Shown: positions 1 to 9,265, counted from the first letter of the stretch. The stretch: 64,000 nucleotides of DNA from Akkermansiaceae bacterium (GCA_051251915.1 JBPOGF010000001.1:128001-192000), one strand, 5' to 3'. The notes: generated by a model from the sequence alone, not told the origin. Translations and numbers: made by a program.

Positions 1-835
1 CATGCTTAGCATACTAGTCATTTATTTTAGGAGACTTAATGTCAGATTAAAAGAAGAGATAAAGTTACGATCAGATGTGGAGCAGCATTTGACAGTGGTG
101 AACTGCGATCTCATCGTTGCGAAGCAAGAAAGTGAGGAGGCTAATCAGCACAAGACGTGGTTCATTACGAATGTCAGTCATGATCTCAAGGCTCCTATCA
201 GCTCTATGGTTAGTTTGACTCAGATATTCAACCACCATAGTGAGAAGTTAGAATTACCTGATAAATTTAATCGATTTTTGAAACAACTTAACTCAGGTGG
301 TGAGTTTCTGATGCTGATGTTAGATAATATATTAGACCACTCAGCATTTGAGATGAATGCGATCAGTATCAATCCAGAGAGAGTAAATTTAGAGGAATGC
401 TGTCGTAGTGTTATTAATCTCTTGCAGCCATTGGCTGACGAGAAGGATGTAGAGCTCAAGTTATTATGGAGTGGAAAGAGCAACAACTTTGCGATAGATA
501 GGACGAGATTATCACAGATATTTCTTAATTTATTACATAATGCGATTAAGTTCTCTCCTAAGAATGGGATAGTTACCTTAGAAATAGAAATAGAAGGGAG
601 TAAGTTAGGCGCCAAAATTTCTGACGAAGGACCTGGAATACCAGCACATAGGGAGAAGGATCTATTTAGTATGTTTGGTCAGTCAGATAAAAAAGGCACT
701 AAGAGGTCTTCTACAGGGCTAGGGCTATCCATAGTGAAGCGCAATGTTGATCTACTCGATGGAGAAATCATCATGAATAGAACCAGATTTGGAGGAACCC
801 AATTCATCATATTAATTCCAATGATCGAAGACTAG
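1..835 (+). CDS. Sensor histidine kinase (HisKA + HATPase), 5'-truncated by window edge
   Basis: H-box VSHDLKAP, N-box QIFLNLLHNAIKF, G1 DEGPGI, G2 STGLGLSIV; ORF begins at the end of a TM helix. Confidence 0.9.
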   Translation, partial: MLSILVIYFRRLNVRLKEEIKLRSDVEQHLTVVNCDLIVAKQESEEANQHKTWFITNVSHDLKAPISSMVSLTQIFNHHSEKLELPDKFNRFLKQLNSGGEFLMLMLDNILDHSAFEMNAISINPERVNLEECCRSVINLLQPLADEKDVELKLLWSGKSNNFAIDRTRLSQIFLNLLHNAIKFSPKNGIVTLEIEIEGSKLGAKISDEGPGIPAHREKDLFSMFGQSDKKGTKRSSTGLGLSIVKRNVDLLDGEIIMNRTRFGGTQFIILIPMIED

Positions 836-851
836 TAGAGTGGCTCAATGC

Positions 852-882
852 AAATTTGCAGTGATTTTTTAACAATTCGCAG
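852..882 (+). promoter_or_regulatory. LytTR-type tandem direct repeat, copy 1
   Basis: AAATTTGCAG (852-861) and CAATTCGCAG (873-882), 21-bp period, upstream of the response regulator. Confidence 0.65.
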
Positions 883-963
883 AGAGTTTCTTTCATTTGG
901 TCAGTGAGCATCCCAAGATGTGACTGTTATCAGAACGAACCTGACAAAGCTGATTTTTGAACT

Positions 964-1686
964 ATGACTGTACTTATTATTGAGGATAACGAGATAGAGA
1001 TGGAAAATCTTATCACTCTACTAGGATCTGTTGCGGATTATCAAATAGTAGGAGGGGCGGATACAATAAAAGAAGGAGCCTCTTTAGCTAATAAACTGAG
1101 ACCAGATATCATCTTTTTGGACATTCAACTGGAGTGTGAGAATAGCTTGGAGCACTTAGACCTTTTGGATTATCATCCAACTATTATTTGTTCTACGCTT
1201 TTTACTGATCACGCTTTACAAGCTTTTGAAGTGGGGGTGACTGACTATCTGACGAAGCCCATCACACGTGAAAAGCTTGATCGAGCACTTAATCGACTAC
1301 CTAAAAAAGGATCGCAATCCAAAGAAATTGAGCTGGATAAACAAAGTGATGGTATGGGAACCTTACTGTTAAGAAATGGCACTAAAACTGAGAAAGTCTG
1401 CATAGAGAGCATCATCTTAGTGACTGCAGATAGAGACTATAGCACAGTTAGAGATGAAAAAAAATCTCTTTTTACTAGCTCAAGACGGATGCGCGAATGG
1501 GGAGAAATCCTGCCATCTAAGCACTTTGTCACCCTGGATCGTTCCACGATCGTTAACAAAAAGCATATTACATCCTACACCCGGCTAGGAGCTAAGCGTG
1601 TTGCTAAAGTGACCTTCATCAACGGTGAAACGCACAAGATCGGCTCTACAGCGCTTCGTCGCCTGAAAGCAGCTATTGAGGTCTAG
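964..1686 (+). CDS. LytTR/AlgR-family response regulator (REC + LytTR)
   Basis: REC motifs IIEDN, FLDIQL, DYLTKP; C-terminal ADRDYS, FVTLDRSTIVN resembling LytTR (FxRIHRSYIVN). Confidence 0.9.
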   Translation: MTVLIIEDNEIEMENLITLLGSVADYQIVGGADTIKEGASLANKLRPDIIFLDIQLECENSLEHLDLLDYHPTIICSTLFTDHALQAFEVGVTDYLTKPITREKLDRALNRLPKKGSQSKEIELDKQSDGMGTLLLRNGTKTEKVCIESIILVTADRDYSTVRDEKKSLFTSSRRMREWGEILPSKHFVTLDRSTIVNKKHITSYTRLGAKRVAKVTFINGETHKIGSTALRRLKAAIEV

Positions 1687-1721
1687 CTTCAGCCTTGCCT
1701 GAGTCAGAAGATTAGAATGAA

Positions 1722-1752
1722 CGATTCGCAGCCTTTTAAGTGCGATTCGCAG
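1722..1752 (+). promoter_or_regulatory. LytTR-type tandem direct repeat, copy 2
   Basis: Perfect CGATTCGCAG at 1722-1731 and 1743-1752, 21-bp period. Confidence 0.75.
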
Positions 1753-1845
1753 AAACTTGCTTCATTTAGATAAGGTTTCCTGACATTCAGAGCCCATGAG
1801 GGTTACTTAGTGCCTAGACAACACATTATCCAGACTAACTAAAAT

Positions 1846-1941
1846 ATGATTTTCTCGACCAATAGAAAACAGTGTTCACTCAGTTGGCAGGTGGTTTTTC
1901 TACCTTCAGTGAATATTATGCGGCGGACACAGGTGACGTGA
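1846..1941 (+). CDS. Candidate 31-aa small ORF MIFSTNRKQCSLSWQVVFLPSVNIMRRTQVT (or part of an sRNA)
   Basis: Start context AACTAAAATATG identical to that of the gene at 22103; downstream of repeat copy 2. Confidence 0.35.
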   Translation: MIFSTNRKQCSLSWQVVFLPSVNIMRRTQVT

Positions 1942-2055
1942 ATAGCTAACGGCAGAGTGAGACAGAATCAATCGCACTGGTGTCATATAAAAAGTGAAGC
2001 TACGCCATCTTGTTCTTATCGGCTTTATCTAAATTTCCCTCCTGGACATAACGCT

Positions 2056-2090
2056 AACGTTCCTAGACTTGATTCGTCTAGGAGCGTTTT
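2056..2090 (+). terminator. Intrinsic terminator
   Basis: AACGTTCCTAGAC-TTGATTC-GTCTAGGAGCGTT followed by T-rich tract. Confidence 0.7.
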
Positions 2091-2366
2091 GTCTTAGAGG
2101 ATATTTCTAATTAAAAAATCTAGTAGAGAGAATAGCTCAAGGGAGCCTCTGGCAACTTCCGACACTGCAGTTATAGTAAATTGGGCGTGAATTAGAATGC
2201 GTTGCTTATTCTATAGTAAAGAACCCCTTCGAGTTTGAGAGTAAGCTTGCGTATAGCTTCGCTCCATTTTTATTAGGGATATATCTCGGATGAAAACGCG
2301 TCTTGCTCTACTTGATTTACTCTCGCGCATCAGGATCGCTAGTTGACCTAAGCTCCTTCAGAACTA

Positions 2367-2429
2367 CGACTCGCAGTCCTTTTTACGCGATTCGCAGAAT
2401 CTTGTTTTACTTATTTAATTAAATATGAT
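2367..2429 (+). promoter_or_regulatory. LytTR-type tandem direct repeat, copy 3, with adjacent sigma70-like promoter
   Basis: CGACTCGCAG (2367-2376), CGATTCGCAG (2388-2397); TTGTTT (2402-2407), 16 nt, TATGAT (2424-2429). Confidence 0.7.
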
Positions 2430-2485
2430 TATTAAGCATTCCAGTTAACTGTCGTTTCAATATAAGTAACTAAGCCAAATAAAAT

Positions 2486-2587
2486 ATGAAGTTATCACTA
2501 CACGAGAAAAAGGGGGCATTTATAGCCATACTCAGCACACTAGCTATCACAGCTCTAGCTCTCATCACACACTTGATGTTTCATTGA
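2486..2587 (+). CDS. Candidate 33-aa single-TM peptide MKLSLHEKKGAFIAILSTLAITALALITHLMFH
   Basis: AAATAAAATATG start context; basic N-terminus plus about 20 hydrophobic residues; downstream of repeat copy 3. Confidence 0.55.
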   Translation: MKLSLHEKKGAFIAILSTLAITALALITHLMFH

Positions 2588-2785
2588 TTTTTGCTGGAAA
2601 CTGAGGAACGGGGAAGACCTCACCTTGAAATTAGCCAAAGAGCAAGGGTTAGGCAGAGGAGTTCAGTTAGTATACGAAATGGGTGTGTTAAACTATGCGT
2701 AACTCTCGGTATAGATTCGGGCAGGTGGGAGTGATATAAAATCGGGTGGTTTTTACCATTGGCGTGGGGGTAAGTTTTCTACAGG

Positions 2786-5239
2786 ATGTGGGTAATGACA
2801 GAATGGCTAGCATTAGGGATCTCCTCGGGAGTTGTGGGTGGTGTGTATACGTATTATAAGTATTATCGTGGGCAGAAGGAGTTGACGGCGGGGTATCTGA
2901 AGGCTGCTAAGAAGGAGAAGCGGGTGTTGAATGCTGGTATGGATGAGTTGATTAAGATCAAGGATAAGGCGTTGATGTTGGTGGGGTCATTTGGTGGGGA
3001 AGATAGGAGTTATGCGGGGAGAACTTTGGAGATGGCTTTGAAGGTTCATGGGCTGATGGAAGAGAATTTCCGGAGGTCTGCGGAGTTGGTGGAGAGGGTT
3101 GAGGAGGTGGAAGGGATTATTGCTAAGGATGGGGATAAGGTATTGTCTAAGGCTGATGCGGAGAAGGTGGAGTGGATTTGTAATGCTCAGTCATCTAGGT
3201 ATCAGCGATTTGATAAGATTAAGGTTTTGGGCGTTGAGGATAGGGCTGAGTTGAAAACGGGGTTGGAGTATTTAGAGAAGGTGTTAGAGACTTTGTGGGT
3301 GGAGTTAGACGAGCAAGATAAGCGGTTTAAGGAGATCTTGTTGCGGCAGATAGAGCTGACGAAAAGGAGTAGGTCTGGGAGGTTTCAGCTTAAGGGGTTG
3401 AGTAGGGCTTGGGCGAGTGAGACTGAGGTTATGTTAGATAATGCGTTTTCTATAAGTAAGAGTGATCCTGTTAGAGTGGAGCAGAGTTTGCTGGTGCATA
3501 TGAAGCAGAGATTTGATAAGGCTGAGGCTGCGCTTGATGTGGCTGAGAAGTTGATACGAATCGAGACTAGGGAGGTGAAAGATCTGAGGGCGAGAATGGA
3601 TGCTGAAAATTTAGAGGAACTCTGGGTGGATGATGAGCTAGATGAGATGGACGGAGGGTTGAGAGATTTGGTGGGGTATTCTGATTCGGTGGAGGAGATA
3701 GAGCGATTGATAGGTTGTGGTGGATTTAAGAAGCGGCTGAATGAAATGGATTTTCTGATGAAGAAGTATGAAGCGCACCATAGGCATCTAGATGAGAAGT
3801 TTGATAGGTCATTAAGTAAAGTGAGGAGGCAGATTGCGGGGCATTTAGGGGTGGATGAGGAGAGTGTGTTGCGTGATTCTGATGAGTTGAACCACTGTAA
3901 GCTAGAGGCGCGGGAGGTGTTATCTGAGTTGGGGGTTGCCATTGCTAAAGGGAAGGTGGAACGCTCACGAGGACTGCATGATTTGATGAAGGATAAGCTG
4001 GCGGCTGCTCATGAGGCTTTGGCTACGGCTAGACGATCAGCGATAGACGGTGAGGAAAGGTTGGAGGTGTTGAGAGCTGGTCTGGAGCATGTTGGGAAGG
4101 CTTTAAGCCAAGCTATGGATAAGCATTGGACGTTGTTGGCTTCTGTAAGTGATGAGGTTTTTGATGAGGAATATCTTGATGTGGTGAAGGGGGCTGAGTT
4201 GCAGCTTAGTGTTCTGGATGCTCAGTTGGACTTGATAGAGCGGTATAGGACTGAAGGGAAATTTATTGTGACGGAGAAGATCATGAACTCGGCTGAGGTT
4301 ACGCTTGATGAGCTTAATCAAATTCCTGATCGGGTGGCGGATTCTCAGAGTGAGGTGCGAAAGATAGAGCGCAACATTGCGAAAATGTTAGAGAAAGTGG
4401 ATGTGGGGATGAATGATCTTTTGTTTAAAAAAGGTGACTCTTATTTATGTAAAGATACGAGGGCTATGATAGATAGCCTCATAGGGTCATATGCGTCTAT
4501 GTTGGAATTAAACAAAGCAGCTGGGAAGGGGCGAGATGTGCTGGGGATCATGGAGGGATGTCACCAGTTAGATGATATGTTAGAGATGGTAGGGATAGGG
4601 GTCGAGTCTGATGTGGCTATGTTTCTCGTTTTAAAGCAAAAGGTGAAGCTGATTGATGAGCTGGTGGAAGAGTCTAGATCGAACGCGAATAAGGCGGCGA
4701 CTGATGGTATTCCGGATAGTGAGCTGACGACTCAGATGCTGGAGAAGGTGGAATTTCTGACAGGGAGATGGCCTAAGTTGAAATCTAGGATGGAGGGGCA
4801 CCAGTTGGAGTGGCGGGAGGTAAGGTTTGATTTTGATGTATTTCTTCAGGGCTTGGAGGTGGTGAATTTGCAGTTGGAGGATGAGTTGGAGTATGCGCAG
4901 TTGACGTTGGATACATTGGAAGAGGCTTCTAGTGCCTTGAGTAAACTTTCTGCTTGGCAAGGGGAGCGGGGATATAGGGCTGAGACGCGGAGGGCGAATC
5001 AGATATTGCATCAGGCATTTCTAAAATTAGCAGATGGGAAATACCATGGAGCTGTTCAATTAGCGCAAGAGACACGTGATGAGATGAGGGATTCTCTGCA
5101 TCAGGCGCGGACGAAGGAACGGGTGGCTGAGTTGAGGAATGCGAGGATTCAGAGCCTGGTTATTGGGTCCGAGCGGGCTGGGGTGCATCGTTTGATGGAG
5201 CCTAATCCTATCGAAGCTAGAAGAGGAGTGGAGTTCTAG
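2786..5239 (+). CDS. Membrane-anchored long helical/coiled-coil hypothetical protein
   Basis: 817-aa ORF, N-terminal hydrophobic segment then E/K/L/R-rich helical sequence. Confidence 0.8.
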   Translation: MWVMTEWLALGISSGVVGGVYTYYKYYRGQKELTAGYLKAAKKEKRVLNAGMDELIKIKDKALMLVGSFGGEDRSYAGRTLEMALKVHGLMEENFRRSAELVERVEEVEGIIAKDGDKVLSKADAEKVEWICNAQSSRYQRFDKIKVLGVEDRAELKTGLEYLEKVLETLWVELDEQDKRFKEILLRQIELTKRSRSGRFQLKGLSRAWASETEVMLDNAFSISKSDPVRVEQSLLVHMKQRFDKAEAALDVAEKLIRIETREVKDLRARMDAENLEELWVDDELDEMDGGLRDLVGYSDSVEEIERLIGCGGFKKRLNEMDFLMKKYEAHHRHLDEKFDRSLSKVRRQIAGHLGVDEESVLRDSDELNHCKLEAREVLSELGVAIAKGKVERSRGLHDLMKDKLAAAHEALATARRSAIDGEERLEVLRAGLEHVGKALSQAMDKHWTLLASVSDEVFDEEYLDVVKGAELQLSVLDAQLDLIERYRTEGKFIVTEKIMNSAEVTLDELNQIPDRVADSQSEVRKIERNIAKMLEKVDVGMNDLLFKKGDSYLCKDTRAMIDSLIGSYASMLELNKAAGKGRDVLGIMEGCHQLDDMLEMVGIGVESDVAMFLVLKQKVKLIDELVEESRSNANKAATDGIPDSELTTQMLEKVEFLTGRWPKLKSRMEGHQLEWREVRFDFDVFLQGLEVVNLQLEDELEYAQLTLDTLEEASSALSKLSAWQGERGYRAETRRANQILHQAFLKLADGKYHGAVQLAQETRDEMRDSLHQARTKERVAELRNARIQSLVIGSERAGVHRLMEPNPIEARRGVEF

Positions 5240-5246
5240 ACAACAA

Positions 5247-5276
5247 AATGCCCAGAGAGCTGGCTCTCTGGGCATT
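5247..5276. terminator. Terminator hairpin between convergent genes
   Basis: AATGCCCAGAGAG-CTGG-CTCTCTGGGCATT; A-tract on the left gives a U-tail on the minus strand. Confidence 0.8.
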
Positions 5277-5324
5277 CTATGTCACTGCCTCCGCAGTTTT
5301 ACTTATCCAATGAAAAAGTGGTTG

Positions 5325-6245
5325 TTACTTGTTAGGAATGAAGAGCTCTGATCCTGCTGCCATTGGCTCGTCAGCAGGTAGGTCAAGTCCGTTTAGTGTG
5401 TTGAGAACTGAAATGGTAGTTCCGTGTTGCTTAGCGAACGCGCCGTATGTCATCTCGTGACTTACTGGCACCGTGCGAGCTACTTTACCTGATTGCTCCA
5501 CGTATGACTCGGTCTTTTCAGGAGCAGGTGTTGCTTTTGGTTTAGGAGAAGACTTAACTGCTGCTTTCGTGTCAGCCTTAGGGAGTGGTTTATAAGCTGC
5601 ACTTGAGCTTCTCTTAGGTTGAGCTGCTTTGCTTGCTAGCGTGGCACTCTTAGTAAGTCTGACAGTCTGGCCAATTTTCAGCTTCTTAGGGTTTACGCTT
5701 GGGTTCGCTGCTGAGAGTTCAGATAGGGAAATGTTATGAGTTTGAGCGATTTTGTAGAATGTGTCGCCTTTGTTCACTTTGTAAGTTGAGCCGTGACTTA
5801 CGGTGCTGGCTCTCTTTGCAGTTTGTGTTTTTACCTTAGGAGTAGAAGCTGTTGCTGTGGTGTTTACTTGGGGAATGACTAGCTTTTGACCGATAGCGAT
5901 ATTTGATGGCTTTACCTTAGGGTTGGCGTTGATGAGTGAGCTAACACTCACTCCGTATTTTCTAGAAACGCTGCTGAATGTCTCACCAGATTTTACTGTG
6001 TGAGATGCGGCTGATGGAGTAGAGACGCTGACTAGTGTGGTCGTAGGTGCGAGAGCTACTTTGCCGTTTTTACGGCGCTCTAGATTAAGAAGTGATCTTA
6101 GTGACGATACTTCAGTTTTAAGTTCTTGAATCTGGCGTTCCTGCTCACCGATGAGAGAGGTCAGTGTGCCTGTCGTTGTTTGAGCCGTTACAGAGCCAAT
6201 TAGGGGCGCTGTGAAAAGGGCTGTTGAGATAAGTAATGTTTTCAT
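5325..6245 (-). CDS. Secreted LysM peptidoglycan-binding protein
   Basis: Signal peptide, short coiled coil, two clear LysM repeats (HTVKSGETFSSVSRKYGVSV; YKVNKGDTFYKIAQTHNISL) and a degenerate third. Confidence 0.9.
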   Translation of the reverse strand: MKTLLISTALFTAPLIGSVTAQTTTGTLTSLIGEQERQIQELKTEVSSLRSLLNLERRKNGKVALAPTTTLVSVSTPSAASHTVKSGETFSSVSRKYGVSVSSLINANPKVKPSNIAIGQKLVIPQVNTTATASTPKVKTQTAKRASTVSHGSTYKVNKGDTFYKIAQTHNISLSELSAANPSVNPKKLKIGQTVRLTKSATLASKAAQPKRSSSAAYKPLPKADTKAAVKSSPKPKATPAPEKTESYVEQSGKVARTVPVSHEMTYGAFAKQHGTTISVLNTLNGLDLPADEPMAAGSELFIPNK

Positions 6246-6365
6246 AACGTTGGTTAATTTAATTTACGAATTTTGGTTTGTAAAGATATAAATTCAATGT
6301 TTCCTAATATTTTTTAGAATTTTCCCGAATTCTGTTAAATGGGATAAGAAATTGAGAGATTATTT

Positions 6366-6397
6366 GTCTTTTGTTAAGTCTTTTGTTAAGTCTTTTG
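6366..6397. repeat. 12-bp tandem repeat GTCTTTTGTTAA x2.7
   Basis: Units at 6366, 6378, partial at 6390, in the divergent LysM/thrS intergenic region. Confidence 0.7.
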
Positions 6398-6621
6398 GAT
6401 GTCAACTGATGGTTATTTATTCATTTGATTTATCAGAAATTATAAAAATATATTAGCAAGATGATGATTTTTCGTGGCTGGCATGAGATCACTTTCATCT
6501 AAGTAGGTTTCGTTGTTGGAGATTTTGAGCTTTAGGAGGAGGCATGGAGGCGGGTGGAATTCGTCGTTGACGTTTCTTTTTCATTGCAAATTAGGGGGCG
6601 GAGTGGTTTTTAGGCGGTGAC

Positions 6622-8499
6622 ATGTCAGATAAAGAAAGAAAATCACTAGAGGAGCGTCACAATATGAGTGACTTGGATCGTTTGCGTCATAGTTGTGCAC
6701 ACGTTTTAGCGACGGCTATTCTACGCCTATGGCCAGATGCCCAGCTCGCAGGTGGACCACCTGTGGAGAGTGGATTTTATTATGATATGGAGATGGAGCA
6801 CCGATTGTCGCCTGATGACTTTCCTAAGATCGAGGCGGAGATGAAAAAGGTGGTGAAGGAGAACTCACAGTTTGAACGCATGGTGGTAAGCCGTGAGGAG
6901 GCATTGGAGTTGGCACAGAGTGGTCGACTTGGTGGTATTTCAGAACGTGCTGTGGGTAGTAAATTTAAGATCGATTTACTTGATAGCATCCCTGAGGGGG
7001 AAGAGATTTCGATCTATAAGAATAATGATTTCTGGGATTTGTGTGCGGGGCCTCATGTGGGACGCACAGGAAACTGTAAGGCGTATAAAGTGCTTAGTGT
7101 GGCGAGTGCCTTCTATAAAGGTGATAAAGATCGTGAGTCACTGCAGCGAGTATATGGCACATGTTTTAAGAATGCGACTATGCTTAATGACCACCTTGAG
7201 AAACTTGAGGAAGCTAAGAAGCGTGATCACCGCCGACTAGGTCGTGAGCTTGGTTTGTTCCACATCGATGAGATGGTGGGGCAGGGCTTGATCTTGTGGA
7301 AGCCTAAGGGTGCGATGGTGCGACGTCAGTTACAGGACTTCATCACAGCGGAGCTAGATAAGCAGGGTTATAGTCAGGTATTTACTCCGCACATTGGTAA
7401 GCTGGATCTTTACCGTACATCTGGGCATTTCCCTTATTATGAGGATAGCCAGTATGCGGCTATTCCTGAGCGTTCAGCGTTAGAGAAATTAGCAGATGAA
7501 AATGCACCTTGTGGTGAGTTGACAAATGGGTTGAAGACTGGAGAAATTGAGGGCTATATGCTAAGGCCGATGAATTGTCCTCACCATATTAAGATTTATA
7601 GTAGTGAGCACCGTAGTTACCGTGATCTTCCTGTTAGGCTGGCTGAGTTTGGTACTGTGTATCGCTGGGAGCAGTCTGGTGAGTTAGGAGGAATGACTCG
7701 TGTGCGTGGGTTTACTCAAGATGATGCGCATTTGTTCTGTCTTCCTGAGCAGGTGGACGATGAAATTCAGGGTTGCTTGGCGCTGGTTGAGAAAGTTCTG
7801 AAGACTTTAGGTATGGATGATTATCGTGTTAGATTATCATTTAGCGATCCTGATTCAGATAAGTATGTAGGTGAGCGCGATGTCTGGGAAAAGGCTGAAG
7901 CTTCATTGAAGGATGCGGTAGAGAAGCTAGGTGCTGATTATACTGTTGAATTAGGGGAAGCTGCATTTTATGGTCCTAAGATTGATTTCGTTGTGAAAGA
8001 TGTGATTGGTAGGGATTGGCAACTAGGAACTGTGCAGCTTGATTTCAATTTGCCGGAGAGGTTTGATCTCACTTATGTGGGTAATGATAATAAACCTCAC
8101 CGACCAGTGATGATCCACCGCGCGCCTTTCGGTTCGCTTGAGAGATTTGTAGGTTTATTGATTGAACATTTCGAAGGGAAATTCCCTACTTGGCTTGCTC
8201 CTGAGCAGGTGAGAGTGCTTCCATTGTCTGATAAATTCCTGGAACATGGTGAAGCGGCGGCCAAAAGATTGGCGGATGCAGGTGTGCGTGTGAGTGTGGA
8301 CCGAGCTGCTGAAAAACTTGGTGCAAAGATTCGACTTGCAAGATTAGACAGAGTGCCTTACATGTTAGTTATCGGCGGACAAGAAGCAGAGACAAACTCT
8401 GTTTCCGTACGTCACCGAGATAGACAAGATCTCGGCACTGTAACACTCGATGAATTTGTTTCTAACATATCAAAAGAAATCAACGACAGATCACTCTAA
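6622..8499 (+). CDS. thrS: Threonine--tRNA ligase
   Basis: RHSCAHVLA, DLCAGPHV, RDHRRLG, PMNCPHH, FTQDDAH, AAFYGPKID, HRAPFGSLERF. Confidence 0.98.
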   Translation: MSDKERKSLEERHNMSDLDRLRHSCAHVLATAILRLWPDAQLAGGPPVESGFYYDMEMEHRLSPDDFPKIEAEMKKVVKENSQFERMVVSREEALELAQSGRLGGISERAVGSKFKIDLLDSIPEGEEISIYKNNDFWDLCAGPHVGRTGNCKAYKVLSVASAFYKGDKDRESLQRVYGTCFKNATMLNDHLEKLEEAKKRDHRRLGRELGLFHIDEMVGQGLILWKPKGAMVRRQLQDFITAELDKQGYSQVFTPHIGKLDLYRTSGHFPYYEDSQYAAIPERSALEKLADENAPCGELTNGLKTGEIEGYMLRPMNCPHHIKIYSSEHRSYRDLPVRLAEFGTVYRWEQSGELGGMTRVRGFTQDDAHLFCLPEQVDDEIQGCLALVEKVLKTLGMDDYRVRLSFSDPDSDKYVGERDVWEKAEASLKDAVEKLGADYTVELGEAAFYGPKIDFVVKDVIGRDWQLGTVQLDFNLPERFDLTYVGNDNKPHRPVMIHRAPFGSLERFVGLLIEHFEGKFPTWLAPEQVRVLPLSDKFLEHGEAAAKRLADAGVRVSVDRAAEKLGAKIRLARLDRVPYMLVIGGQEAETNSVSVRHRDRQDLGTVTLDEFVSNISKEINDRSL

Positions 8500-8563
8500 C
8501 AGATCTGCTCAAGCGCTGATCCATTAATCAAGAATATGATCGAGTAATACGTGTAGTAAAATT

Positions 8564-8616
8564 TTCCCCAACTTCTCTCATGTGAGAGAGAGCCGCATGT
8601 TGTGGCTAGTGAGGAA
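8564..8616 (+). promoter_or_regulatory. Candidate structured leader of infC
   Basis: Two adjacent hairpins (8573-8590, 8591-8607) enclosed by TTCCCCA/TGAGGAA. Confidence 0.35.
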
Positions 8617-8650
8617 CCAAAAAATAAAAAATAATTAGGAGGATAAGACC

Positions 8651-9265
8651 ATAGCTAAACCAAAGAAGCCATATAAGAAACGTCGCGAAATGACCAGAGT
8701 CAACCAATACATTCGCGCGCCGAAGGTCCGTGTTGTAATGGATAACGGAGACCAGCTGGGAGTGATGAGTTCACAAGAAGCATTACAGAAGGCGAAAGCG
8801 CTTGGACTGGATCTAGTGGAAATTACTGCGAAGTCTGACCCACCAGTGTGCAAGATCTGTGATTTTGGTAAGCACAAGTACCAGATGTCTAAGTTGAAGA
8901 AGGACAAGACTAAAAGTGCTCCTAAAGTCAAAGAGATCAAGTTCCGTGTTCGTACGGAAGCTCATGATTACAACCTGAAGTGTTCACGCATCGAGAAGTT
9001 CCTCGATGAAGGCAACAAGGTGAAAGTGGGGCTGATGTTCCGCGGACGTGAGAATGCTCACAAGGAGCTAGGAGTAGAAGTACTCAAGCGCGTTGTGGCT
9101 GACATGGTAGGCATGGCGGCTGTTGATCAGCCACCTAGACTAGCCGGCCGAAATGTCAGCATGTTACTTTCACCACTTCCTGAAGAGAAGCGAGTCAGAA
9201 AGTTCACAGCCCACGATGATGAAGAATACGTGGAAGATGAAGATACGACTGACGAGGAAGAGTAA
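8651..9265 (+). CDS. infC: Translation initiation factor IF-3, probable non-canonical ATA start
   Basis: RVNQYIRAPKVRVV, PPVCKICDFGK, KEIKFR, MFRGRE; AGGAGG at 8637-8642 lies 8 nt before in-frame ATA 8651. Confidence 0.95.
   Translation: MAKPKKPYKKRREMTRVNQYIRAPKVRVVMDNGDQLGVMSSQEALQKAKALGLDLVEITAKSDPPVCKICDFGKHKYQMSKLKKDKTKSAPKVKEIKFRVRTEAHDYNLKCSRIEKFLDEGNKVKVGLMFRGRENAHKELGVEVLKRVVADMVGMAAVDQPPRLAGRNVSMLLSPLPEEKRVRKFTAHDDEEYVEDEDTTDEEE

Noticed and set aside
2100..2340. Possible pseudogene or short ORF on the minus strand
   Set aside because: Stop-interrupted frames with no recognisable homology or start context
852..2397. CGATTCGCAG repeats as a CRISPR array
   Set aside because: Repeats are 10 bp in isolated pairs with 11-nt gaps; no array and no cas genes
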